Below are positions 50,101 through 62,278 of a DNA stretch of 64,000 bases, one piece after another. The translations under genes and the position numbers were made by a program. The notes under the pieces were generated by a model. The model was not told the origin of the DNA, made no database searches, and was given only the letters and a program-made list of their open reading frames with translations. The stretch's first letter is position 1. Each line of letters opens with the position of its first letter. The stretch comes from Paraspadella gotoi (Eukaryota; Animalia; Chaetognatha): contig CM119263.1 in NCBI GenBank assembly GCA_051294375.1, positions 5,392,823 to 5,456,822 on the forward strand, in the 5' to 3' direction.

Positions 50101-53100
50101 CCCACTCTTCAAATGAGTCTCCATTATCCCCATCAAATCGTGCAGTTGTGAAAATTGGGTTAAAGGAAACTCCTATGTCATGGCCATTGAAAAACAAAGC
50201 CAGTTTTGCAATAATTTTTTGGATGTGCTTACTTCGTAAAACAAAAACCCAGAAGAACGATAATCATAATGCTCAAAGAGGTTCCATGAGTTCTACGCTC
50301 TCTTCCGTAAGTTTGAATCCTAGCGAAGAACATGTGAGACAAAGTTTGCATATTATATCTATAGGAACAAGCCAATACCAATTAGAAATTTGGGTGCATG
50401 AGAAGACAAATGCCATTTTATTGAGATTAACTTGTTATGGTATTATGATCGCTGAATCAGCAGTTTCTGTGTTAAAGACTGGCGTTTGGCAATCAATTGG
50501 CATTAATTATACTCACGAGATAGAAAATGACAAAACCCTAGTTAATCTTTCTCTTTTTATAGATGGAATGATTCAACGTGACTTGCCTTTTGTTTTTCGT
50601 CTTCAAACGATTCGAGAATTAGAATCAACTTACAGTTCAAATGTACCCCAGAAAAGCCTTTTTGGCTTTTTTCAAAGAGCTTCAAAATTGGGTCTTGTTG
50701 AAGGAAAACCTAATGCTGATGATGATGAAAATGAAATGACATCCATGTTAAAAACTGTTCCTCGAATTTTGCTTGGTGATTGCATACAGGAAGGATTTTT
50801 TCCTGTTCTTGAAGAACGCGGTCAAATTCATTTCACATCATTGTATTTAATGAAAGAAGCTGTTCTGACAAGAGAAATCGCCTACAGATTTCATCGTTCT
50901 GGACCTTCATTGAGCAATTTTCATTCCATCAATAGTCCACAGTCAAGGAACAAAAATTTGTCTCTTTTTATGACAGAAGATTTGATCAGCTCTGTAAGCT
51001 CAATTGAAGAGTATGATATATTATCTGGACATGTTTTAGGAAATATGGGTTACTGTGAACAAATGCTGGTTCTTTCTTACAATGCAAAAAATCCTAATGT
51101 ATGTTATACATTTGTGTCTAATACCAAGCTTAAAAATAATTTATGTCCCTCACAAAACCCTCTTATACAGCCTGTCATCAATAAGGTAGAACCTTCAGTT
51201 TTTGCTAAAAAGCAGTTCACCATTGAGCATATTCTTATAGAGAATGGTGGAATATCTCCTTTTTTATATTTGTTTGGAAAGGTAATTGAATTGACTAATC
51301 ATGACTATTGCCAATCAAAAGCGTTATCGTTGTTCTTACAAATTTCAAACCATAGTTTGGCATTAAATGAAGAATTTCAAAATCTTGGGGGTTACAAATT
51401 GTTGTGCTTAGTATTGTCAAACCGTAAATGTCAAATAACAAATGACATGGTTACTTCTTTGGAAAAAATCTGTGCACAGAATGTTTATGTGGGAAAACGT
51501 TGTGCTCGTTTTATACGTGAGCCATTAATTATTACAGAAATAATTTTTAATTGGAGAGTGTGGGAAGCATGTCCAGATTTATGGTCAAGTACTCTCGAAT
51601 TTATTGATTCCTTAATTTCCCAGGAAAATTTGTATATGGAGTTCAATATTCGACAACTGGAGCACGCAAAAATTGTTAGCTTATTGCTGACAGTCGTTCT
51701 AGAGATTTTTCAAGAGACGAAAGATAAAGAACTGCTGACGACTGAGGCTTCAAATAAAATTTTGAGCATCATACAAAAAATGACCGGTGCTCCTCCGTCT
51801 CTCAATAATTTGGATCTCATTGTTGACTTTCTGCTATTGATTCACCCTCCACCATGTACATATGTCGCTCACGCAAATTCCAGCTTTTATTTTAGTTATA
51901 GGTTTTCAGAAATTCCGGACAGGTTTTTAAAAGAGAGTACTGTCAATGATGGCTCAGGAGCCCCCAGTGAGACCCGTAGTTCTAGTGCTCCTCAACCGTC
52001 TGACTTGACAGAGGCAAGTCGTCAACAAATGGCGTCTTCAATGCCTAACCTAGATGCTATTTCTCCTAATAATACTTCTGGTTCTGCCAACCAAAATATG
52101 ACAGTTGTGCCGCCTGACAATGGTGTGGACTGGGAACTGGTTACTCATTCTATGAAAACCATTTCTCTGAAGGTGACAAAGGCAAAAGTTAGTGAAAAAA
52201 CAAACAGCGTTACCGAAGGACTTGAAATTATTTGTAGTGGACTTCTAAATCTTCTTAACGGTGTAATTGTCAACTTACCAGATGGGTTACGGGATCAAGT
52301 TATCGGAAAAATAATTAAAATGGAAACTTTACTGGTTTTGGCTCATCACTCTTCAGCTAAAATTAGAGCAGCAGTAGTGAAGTTATTGTCGGGGTTTATT
52401 TATCGACTTCCCGGGGAAAGTTCTGATATCATAACAAAAGACAATCATTTAATTTTACTCACAACTCAACTTCACCAATATCCGGCCAACCGATGTTTAA
52501 TCGAAGCTTGTTTGGAAATGATTACTTCAAGACCTTTTTCTTTGGATGAAAATTTTTGGTTTGAAGCTGAAGATAACTCCGTCCAAACAGGAGTAAAGAG
52601 TGAGCAAACTAAACCAAAATTTACTCAGGTTCGGAAGCAAGCGGTTGTGACAATTCTTGGCCTTCTTGAACAAACGGTCCATGATCCTGTTTTGATGCAT
52701 AATACTCTCATAATAGTGTATCAGATTTTTGATTCATCATCTGCCCTTGCAGCTCATCTTATGCAATATGGTTTGGTAGAAAGTCTATGCAATACTTTTA
52801 ATTCTTTAATGGAATTTGGATATCGTATCCAAAATAAAAAGCACCTAAAAAAAGTTATTATTGATATCATTCATTTATTTTGCCTCATTGCACAGAAGCT
52901 ATTATGTACATCGGGAGTAAAATTTTTTCAAAGATATGAAGAGGCCGTCACTCTACTGCAGTTTTTAGAAAAGCGATTGTTCACAATGGAGCCCACCGGC
53001 GGCGTTAGAGTTGCTGTTCGAATGACTCTAGATGGTATATTTCAAACCAGTCTAAAATATTTTGAAGTCATGGGCGTTGAATTTGTGGGCGCCACTCCAG

Positions 53101-56100
53101 CTCAGAGAAACACCATCAATAGTCTTCCCATGTCTGTACTTGAAGCTCTTTACCCTATATTAACTGAACCATCTCGGGAGGTAAATGAAACTTCGGCACA
53201 GGAAGACAATACCAATAATGCATCAACCTCGCAGATGGCTAAGGACGCTTTAAAATCAATGGAAATAGATTCTGGAATGAACCCCCTTACTGAGACCAAG
53301 CCAAAAGTCATACGCGAACTGTCTATTAACCGTCCTATTTGCGAAAATTCCGAAGATCACAAATTCAGATTCAAAGTTTTTCTTAGTGGGCCCGGAGATA
53401 CGGATCTTAACTTAGGAGAAAGAGGAACTAACTCTGAGCCATCTTCGCATTTACGGCAAATGTTTCTGCCGTCCGGCAGCCCCGTCGTGACCTCGACGGA
53501 ATTGATAGATCGTTTTAAGAAAGTTATAACTTTATCTGTTAATCATATACTCTCAGGCATTCGCTATTTCAAAACTCAATCATGCATCGTTCACCTTCCT
53601 CACGAACAGCAGTATTTTCACGATATGGTTTTATCGTTATTGTTCAAAGGTTTATGTTCAACATTAATGATCGAAACTGACCGAGGGCAGGCGCCTGGAT
53701 CAGAGGGGCTATGGAAGAATATGCTGTGGATATCGAGGGACGTGATGAGGCAAGAAATAACACGGCTCCTTGCCGGGATGCTGGAAGACATAATGCCGCT
53801 GGCCTCGAGAATTTCTGTGATATCTTTTCTATTTGAATCCTCTTCCCTTTCTCTCATGGAGAGAACTTTGATCTCCTGCATGTCAACCTCGTTTCCATTG
53901 GCTTGCAAGATTGTCTCTGAGGTCATGCTGATGTTGATGAACGAGCGTTCGTCTCTTTCCAACAACGTCGCCGCCAACTGCATGCATTTGATCGAAATTT
54001 TCCACCGACACAATATTTGTTTCCTTGCACCGGAGGTGTTTGCGGACGAGAAGGAGACACTTCGAGCGTCTATCGAAGCTGATCGTCTCCGATGGGTCGC
54101 CTTAGATGCCAAAGATGATGAAGTTTTTCTCGAACGCAACGGGAAAATTCTTCAAAAGCTGCAGAAGAGATGGGAGGCTCTCTCAAAGAGTCTCTCCGCC
54201 CGCGCCATGGAGATCACCCAGCGGGTCAATGAACACCAGTGCGCCGAGAGAAAGAAATTCTTAGAACTCCTCAAAATCTCCTCTAGCAACACGATTCAGG
54301 TGCAAAGAGATTGGCGGAGTTTGATCGAGAAGATGTCTCACGAGCGGGCCATCTGGTTCGACGAAGCTTCGTATCCCATCAATGGGTTTCTTGATCCGAC
54401 GGAAGGTCCGGGCTGCGAGCGGCGCCGTTTCCTTCGGCGTCACGCCAAGATCGATGCCCGATTCTTTCGCGGGATGGGGCCGCCCTCAGAATCGGCGCCG
54501 CTCGCCTATCTCTTCGACGCCGCCGTCGATTTCGATTCCTCTGAGATCACCAAGTTTCGTCTTCACCTCAACAAGAAGATCGACTTTACTATCAGGTTTG
54601 GAGAAAAAATCTTTTATCTGTCCGTTGATTTTTTTTTACAGCCTTTTACAGTATATTACATCTAATATAATAGCTGTCATTTTAGCCTATCTTTCACCCT
54701 GAACAATCAAATTTAATTTGATACAATACTGCCACCAAAACCAATTAATATTTTATATTGAGCAATTTCCACTCTTGATCAATCATTCAGCCACCTGGAG
54801 AAATGATTCACCAACCACAACAAATGTTTCACCAACCTTGACCATTGACCAATCATTCAGCCAACTTGACCAATCATTCCGCCAACTCGACCATTAACTC
54901 ACACAATACGACTAAATCATTCAGCCAACTAGACTAATCATTAGGCCAACTTGACCAATCATTCAGTCAACTTGATCAATCATTCAGCCAACTAGACCAA
55001 TCATTCAGCCAACTAGAGCATTAACTCACCCACCACGACTAAATCATTCGGCCAACTAGACCAATCAGTCACTTTTATCGACCAATTTCAGGTGCCAAAA
55101 CGTTTTGCCCGGCGTTGAAAAACCCGGTGAGATACTCATCGGTGAAAACGTGGTCTACTTTGTGGGCAACGACCCCGAAGGGAATGACCCCGAGGGGCAG
55201 GAAAGGCTAAATTTGATGCCTGAACCGAGCGAGGGCGTTCTGGTCTCGTGGCTGGGAGAAGACATCTCCGAGATTCATACCAGGTTTCATTCTCATTTTG
55301 ATGGGGAAAACTAGTTAAGGGGATTTAGGATTTTACAAACCTAAAATAATAAATTTAGTATTCGTAAAATAGGTTCAAATTTTCTTCATTAATTAATTTT
55401 ATTCCCCTCTCCTTCCAGATGGTACTCCTTGGAGGACCGCGCACTCGAAGTCTTCCTCGTCAACGGCCGCGCTTTCCTCTTGGCCTTGGACTCTCCTCGC
55501 GATCGGGATTCGCTACTCGCCGCCATTCACAAGATGGCGCTGCCCAATTATCGAGAGTCGGATACGAGCGTCGTGGAGCTCCAGTCGCTCTGGGTGGAGC
55601 GGAAGATCACCAACTTCGAGTATCTCGTCCAACTGAACAAAATCGCGGGTCGTACGACGAACGACTTGATGCAGTATCCTATATTTCCCTTCGTCCTGTC
55701 CGATTATTCTTCTGCGACGCTCGATTTGACGAATCCATCCGTCTTTCGCGATCTCTCTAAACCAATCGCCGTCCAGAACAAAAGCAAAGTCGCGAGATAC
55801 GTACAGAATTATCTCTACTTGAAGGAAGAGAGGGACAGGTGTGTGAATGGGTTTAATTATATCCGTAAATACGTAAATGACTGGCTAAATCATTTCGATC
55901 TTCTATTGCAGGATTCCCTCCACTGGTGGCGGCGGCGGCCGCGTTAGCGAAGAGCCTACCATTCCAAAGTTTCTTTTGGAACCTTATCACTACGGATCTC
56001 ACTACTCGAATAGCGGGACTGTTTTGCATTATCTAGTCAGAGTTTTGCCCTTCACTTCCCTTTTTCTCAAGTTTCAGGTGAGTTAATCTAGAAAAATACA

Positions 56101-56561
56101 CAACAATAACGATAAAGAATAACTTAATTAATGAATGAATTAATCAATTAATGAATTAATCTATTAATAAATTCAATTCTAAACGAAACAAAAGAAGGCA
56201 AATGATACATATGTAGACAAATAAAAAAAGTCAAAGAATTAAAAAAAAGCGTTTTATTTATATTCACTTTGATAATTTTTTATTCATATTCATTTTGATA
56301 ATTATTTCATTTATCCTCTTCTTTCAAGGATGGAAACTTCGACATTCCTGACCGAACCTTCCATTCTATGGAGACTTCATGGCGTCTCTCGTCCGAAGAA
56401 TCGACGACAGACGTGAAAGAACTCATCCCCGAATTCTTTTATCTTCCCGAGATGTTCATGAATCTAGAGTCACTCGAGTTTGGGCGGAGACAGAGTGGGG
56501 AGATCGTTGATCACGTCGCCTTGCCTCCTTGGGCCGCAGGTCAGGGCAAAATTTAAAGAAT

Positions 56562-56619
<58 letters not shown>

Positions 56620-59600
56620 CGATTTCTTAAAACTTAAAAATAGACGTCAATTTATTTATTCATTTATTAATTGATTTAACAATTAAACATTTAATTGGCA
56701 TTTTAGAATTAACTTTAAAAGGTGTTCTCTTAACCACCAACATACCCCCCAATGTATCCCTTCCCCAACCTCTTTAGGCGATCCCCGTATCTTCACGCTC
56801 GTCCACCGCCAGGCCCTCGAGTCGGAAGTGGTCACCGCGAACCTTCCCGCTTGGATCGATCTCATCTTTGGCTTCAAGCAAAGAGGCAAACCCGCCGTGG
56901 ATGCCGTCAACGTCTTCCATCCCGCGACTTATTGCGGACTCAACGCCGACGACTTGGGAGAGGAAGTGCAGCGGAGGGCGTTGCTCACCATGATCCGGAC
57001 TTACGGACAGACGCCCAAGCAGCTCTTCAAAGCGCCGCATCCCAGAGCGGATATGGTCGTCGATGCCTCGAGTGAGAAAGGAAGGGGGAGAGGGAGGAGT
57101 GAACAAACACAAAGAGAGAGTGAGACGGTGTGAGAGAAGGAGAAAAAAATAGGGAAAGACAAGAGAGAGAGAGAGAGCGAGGCAAATTTTTAATCTCGAT
57201 ATCTCGATCCAGGAATGGACGTTGTTCGCTCACCCGGAGCCACGCCCACCGGCGACGGCGTCCAGACAGTCAACGCCGTCTCAACCTGCGGAGGACAAAT
57301 GTTTATCATCGCCGGCGACAAAGAGGACAACGACTTTAACCTTGATGACAGTGAGTTGGAACAAAGTTGGCACCGTTTTACTTTTAATCTTCTCTCTTTT
57401 CTTACTTTTTCCTTTTCCTTCTTTTCTTTTCCGCTCCCATTTTCCCCTTCTTTTTATCTCTTCCCCTTTCTTTCCATCTTCCCATTTATCCTTTTCCTTT
57501 TCCTCTCTTTTGTGTATTCCCCCTTTCCGCTTTTTCTCCTTTTTATTTTCCTCCTTTTCTTGTCCCCCCCTCCTCCCTACAGATCCCTGCCCCCTCTCCG
57601 ATCCACCTTCCATCCTCAATTTTCACTGGGGTTCATTCGTGGGTTCTCCTCGACTCGCGGCACCTGTCTGCACCTGGCGCCAACGATACGACGCTCCCGG
57701 CGTCTCCTCGATGGTGGCGCTTCCGTCGGGCGAAGTCTTCGGCCTCGGGGCCGCCACGTGTCTGCTCGCGATGTTTAGCGTCAAACGCTTCGCCCGAGAC
57801 GTCTTCTGGGCGGCGATCATCTCCTGGGGTCACGACGACGGCGTCTTGAGGATCAAGAATCAAAAGGACAAACCCGCGCTCAATTTTCTGTACCCACAAT
57901 ACGGTATTTGGGAGGGCTTTCGAGTTTTTGGGGTATTAAGTTGTATTGAAAGATAAATGCTAGCACTGTAGGGTATTTTTTAAGTGTTTTTGGCATCTGG
58001 ACCACTAGTGGGTCTAGTGCTTGGATTATTGAGTGAATCTGAAGGCTTTTTTTACCTAGGCTTCGGCTATTAGAAGTATTGTGGAAGATATTCCTACTGC
58101 AAAACTTCCTGTCTCCGCAGGCTGGACCTGGCCGCACAAAGTGACGGCCTGTGCCTCCGCCTCGGATTGTCGTCTCCTCTTCGTCGGTTCTTCCTCCGGG
58201 ATCATCACCGTCTACTCTATGACCTTCGACAACGAAAGGCAAAGTCACGTTGAAGTCGCCGCCGCTGCCACCAATTTGATCGGGCACAAGAAGGTGAGGG
58301 GTCGGTGAGCCAGTGGTAGGGGAAGGATAAAATTGGGGGGGAGGGTTAAAGATATTGTTCGATATAAAAGATCAATCTCATTTGCATATTATCGTGTTGA
58401 CATTGACTTGTCATGAATTCCATCCCTGTGCCAATTCATGGCCTCACATCACGTATTCACTCTTGTCATTAGTGTAGCAATTGATGATAATGTTAAAAGA
58501 GATAAGGTTAAGAAGGGTTAGAAAGATAGGTGCAAGATATAGAAGTGTCAGAGAAATATTTGTTTGAGAGAAAGAAAGAGTTGGAAAGTAAAGGGATCGG
58601 AAAAAGAGGGAGTGAGAGTGAGGATCTTAGAAGGGGATTCAACTCGCGGGAAAGTGAACTGAAGAGAATTTTTCTATCTCTCTCTCTCCCTCTCCCTCTC
58701 TCACCCTCTTTCCCTCCCTCTCCCCCTCCCTCTCCCATCTCTCTCCTCTCTCTCTATCCCTCTCCCCCGTCTCTCCCCAGGCGATAACTCTCCTCCAGGT
58801 CTCTTCGGAATGGAGCGTAGTCGTCAGCGCCTCCGCCGACGCCTCAGTCATCGTCTGGGATGTCAACCGCCTCGACTTCCTCTCCAGTTTCGCCGATCAC
58901 GAAGAGGGCGTTCGGTGTCTCGCGTTGAGCAAAACCACGGGAGACATCGCCACCGTCAGTTGGAAGGAAGAAGATTCGATGAAGAAGAGAAAGACGGAGT
59001 CGCTGCTTTGGCTTCATACAATCAATGGGAGGAAAATCGCCAAGCATAGGGTGAGATGAGAAAAGAGCGGGATCAATCTTTGCCAAGCATTCATCAATCA
59101 TTAAGTAAGAAGTTTAGCAGGCAGAGTGAGCGGCAGGCGAATAATGAAGTTTATCAGGCGAGTGAAAAAGGGATGATAAGGGGATGCTGATGCCTTGTTA
59201 AAAAAACAGGCTCAACAAAAAAGCGTCTTGCTGAGTTATGATTTATCACTTTATAATTTATTTGTTCTTTTGTTTTTCTCATTTTTTTTTGTCTTTTCAC
59301 TCGTCTTCATTAATTTTATTTATATTATATTAAATGATTTAGTCATTCATTGGTATTCATTAATTCATTCCCTCTTTCAGGTCCGCGACCGCATAAACTT
59401 CCTTACCTTCTCCAACTCACCCGAAGGCATCAGCGTCAACGTCATCGCCGGGGGTCTCGAGTCCGGCCTCGTTCGCCTTTGGTCGTCCTGGGATCTGCGT
59501 CCCTTGCGCGACATCTGTACGGACAATTCGCACAAGTAAAAGACGCAATGACTTTTCTCTTTTTAGTTTTTAAGTCAATACGTTTCTTCTACTCAGTTCT

Positions 59601-59747
59601 CTCTCGCCCGTGATTTCTCTCATCTTCACGCCCGGCGCCAAACGTCTCTACGTCTCGCGTCGCGACGGTCAAGTGTCCATTTGGGAGACGCCCCCGATTC
59701 GTCACCTCAAACCGCCCAACTTTGTTCCCTACCTCTGTCCTACTTAG
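44151..59747 (+). CDS. LYST: Lysosomal trafficking regulator (Chediak-Higashi/beige/mauve orthologue; ARM-like, ConA-like, PH-BEACH, WD40), 20 exons, ~3,720 aa
   Basis: Exons: 44151-44232, 44329-44410, 44874-45606, 45949-46277, 46446-46901, 47275-47406, 47514-47655, 47808-47897, 47959-54595, 55092-55283, 55419-55838, 55912-56077, 56329-56539, 56778-57071, 57213-57350, 57583-57903, 58121-58293, 58781-59050, 59381-59535, 59597-59747. Total is 11174 nt, a whole number of codons if 1 nt is restored in exon 3. LYST-type motifs: [133 protein letters not shown]. The first two exons and exon 15 are less certain. Confidence 0.93.
46902..46960 (+). mobile_element. tRNA-derived SINE head fragment (B box) at the start of LYST intron 5
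   Basis: GGTTCGAGCCC (46936-46) inside a CCGGG/CCCGG stem, preceded by tRNA-like ggtaaaacg...tagcct...aaaggtc. No acceptor stem, so not an intact tRNA. Confidence 0.4.
47959..54595 (+). CDS. LYST: LYST exon 9, a single 6,637-nt coding exon
   Basis: Acceptor ttttacag|GT at 47958/9 and donor ATCAG|gtttgg at 54595/6. Uninterrupted frame (ORF track 48042-54665, 2207 aa). Confidence 0.92.
54775..55070. repeat. ~21-bp intronic minisatellite (accaatcattcagccaactag) in LYST intron 9
   Basis: About 10 diverged units with a higher-order attaactcac..acgactaaatcattc insert occurring twice. Confidence 0.85.
55092..57071 (+). CDS. LYST: LYST PH-BEACH domain exons 10-14
   Basis: [18 protein letters not shown] (PH); [68 protein letters not shown] (BEACH). 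Confidence 0.95.
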
Positions 59748-60153
59748 GGCGGAATTCGTTCGGCCAATTTTCATTTTATGATTTTGTTAAAATTGTTTTA
59801 TAATTTTATCGTTTGTTAGAAACATTCGTTGTATCTCTGTGATTTGTTTGGTTTATTACAAACAACATATATTTTGGATATTATAAAGTTTATTTTCCGT
59901 GAGCGCTACGTTATGAACTTATGGTTAATAGTTATTTTGGGTGATCCGTCTTGAATTTTTAGAATTCACGTCAAGGGCTCTTTGCTTGGCAATTAATTAA
60001 CGATTATCATCTAAAATAAAGAGCAAAGTTGTATTCTACTTTATCGCTAAGAAGAAAATGAAAAAAAAAATTTGAGCGCAGTGAACGCGCAATATCTTTC
60101 GTTTCTGTCGGATTTGGTTCCACTTTTTCCCCCCGATTTCGTAGTTGACTTCA

Positions 60154-62278
60154 TTATTCGTTGTCCTCGGAGTCTGACGAATCGCTGTCGTCTCCAGCTC
60201 CAACCGTTTCTCCTCCAACTTTGGTCCTTTTTCGCTTTGGCTTTCTCACCACCTGAGTCAGACATTCCATCGCGTCGTCGGGTTGCGTTTTCTGGAATTC
60301 TTTCCACTCCTCGGTGTCCACCATCCCTTTGTTTCTGGGGTCGTTTTAAAGAGATTTCATCGGATCTTTATCATTCCCTTTACTAATTAAAATGCCTAAT
60401 AAGTAATGAATGACATTAACTGCGAAAAGAATTCGAAGCAGGCCTTCTTTAACTCCTTGGAATCCAAAGTTGAGCTGATCCCCAGACTCTGATAAAAGTT
60501 TGAAATGGTCATCCTTTCTATCAGAGCGTCGAGACAATAAGCGGTCAGCGTCGGCATTTGGTATTTGTCCGCTGCGTGCAAGAGTTCTACCGCCACTTCG
60601 GAAATGTCGCCTACTGAATTCTTGTAGATAAATTCGAGGAGAGCGCGAATCGTCTTTCCTTCATATTGAAAGGAATCGAAATAGACTTAATAAATTAATC
60701 AAGATATATGTTAGAATTTGTGTGTTTGTATTTTTTTTATTGTTTTGTGATTGTACTAATATGAACCATGCATATTGCATAATAAGCATTTATTGATATT
60801 TCATCTTTATTAAATATATATAATGTAACATTGTACAAATTATACTGGATTGACTTTTTGGTCATAAGATAATATTTTTTGCTAATAACGTGATGGTATC
60901 TTACTGCTATTAAACGTAGAAAACAAAGCATCTAATATTATTAAACCTTTTTCCCAGATATTCATTAAAATGATATATTATGACCTATATTATGAACGAA
61001 TAAAATATAAGAAACAGGAGAAAACGATTACCGCGATGCAACTAAAAGATAAATACGGAAAAAAAAAAGTGATGCTTGCCGGTGAGGTCTTCCACCACAA
61101 CACGGCCGCTTTGCTTCTCTTGCATGTCGTGTTTGAACATGGCCTAAGATAAAAAACACAAGTCTTTTTTAAAATTAAGTTAAACTAAGATGATATAATC
61201 ATTATCAAAATTAAAGATAAAATTATGGCTATTAAAGGGCGATTCGGAGTCCTTCACAGAATAAATTTATCTTCTGAAGGTTTACTCCTATTTTTGGGTC
61301 TAAACCAAGTCCGGTGATCAACCTTTACCCTCTCTCACTAAAAAAGGAAATCCCCCCCCACAACCCGAATCGACCCACCTCGAAAACCGGGGAACTCGCA
61401 GCGAGAAAACTCTTGTGACACCGAATCTCCGCTCCGTCGATTCCAGACACCAGAGTCGCGTCCGTGAAAAGCTCCTCTTCCAGCATCTTCGAGTTTTTAC
61501 CCAATGGGAGCAGCCACGGCACCGGCTCCAGTTGGCACAGGAGCACAAGAGGAGCGCCCGTCTCGTCGTCCAGCATGTCGATTGTACGTCCGCACGGAAA
61601 ATCTGTCGATCGAAAAGTCGGTCTGTCGACGTTGAGACAAAGGAAAGAGTCGCTGGATCGAGACTCGTATTCGTATCCTGGAAAAAAAAAATAACTCGAC
61701 CATTTTATGGCAGTTCGTGATTATTATCAAGCATATCTTGCGGTACTATGCTCGGTTTGACCAAGCAAATTTGATGTCTCCAAAACCTTGGAAAATTACT
61801 GTTTTAATCCTGATTTTTTGCCAGCGATTATTTTCTTTCACGAATGTAACATATTCTAAAACGGGACCGTGTTAATATTTTACTAAAGTATATAAGACAT
61901 TTCGTATATTTCTTTACCGTCTCGTTCCCTGGTCAATGTGATCATAATCTTGGCGGGAATTTCCTTCAAGTTAGATCGGTCGTTCATGAAATCGCGACAG
62001 CTCACATCAAGGCGAGTGTCCCAATCTGGAATTCGTATGAAATGTTAAGTTTATGTGAATAGTCATTCAAGTTAAAGAGTCACATTTCGCTAATTACTTT
62101 TCTTTTTAGTGAATTTCATAAAAAACGTGACTTCTGTGAAACCATCTATTCGAACTTTCACATCCTCCATCTCGTAGACTTTCCGATCGTCAGAATAAAA
62201 TTCGTCCTTGTAGGTAATCCAATCAAACGTGGTTCTCTTTGCCGGAGTCGGCGAGTGTTTCATTTCTATGTTACCCAT
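60154..62278 (-). CDS. SPOP/roadkill/TDPOZ-like BTB-BACK protein with divergent N-terminus, 6 coding exons, ~356 aa
   Basis: Minus-strand exons 62278-62098, 62025-61918, 61677-61379, 61143-61080, 60658-60421, 60334-60154 (1071 nt including TAA). BTB: FTDATLVSG..CHKSFLAASSPVFEAMFKHDMQEKQSGRVVVEDLTGKTIRALLEFIY..ELLHAADKYQMPTL. BACK-like: LKKACFEF..EEWKEF. C-terminal basic NLS-like RKPKRKRTK and acidic tail. Confidence 0.85.

Noticed and set aside
48098-54443. Antisense ORFs inside LYST exon 9
   Set aside because: Short shadow ORFs expected opposite a long coding exon.
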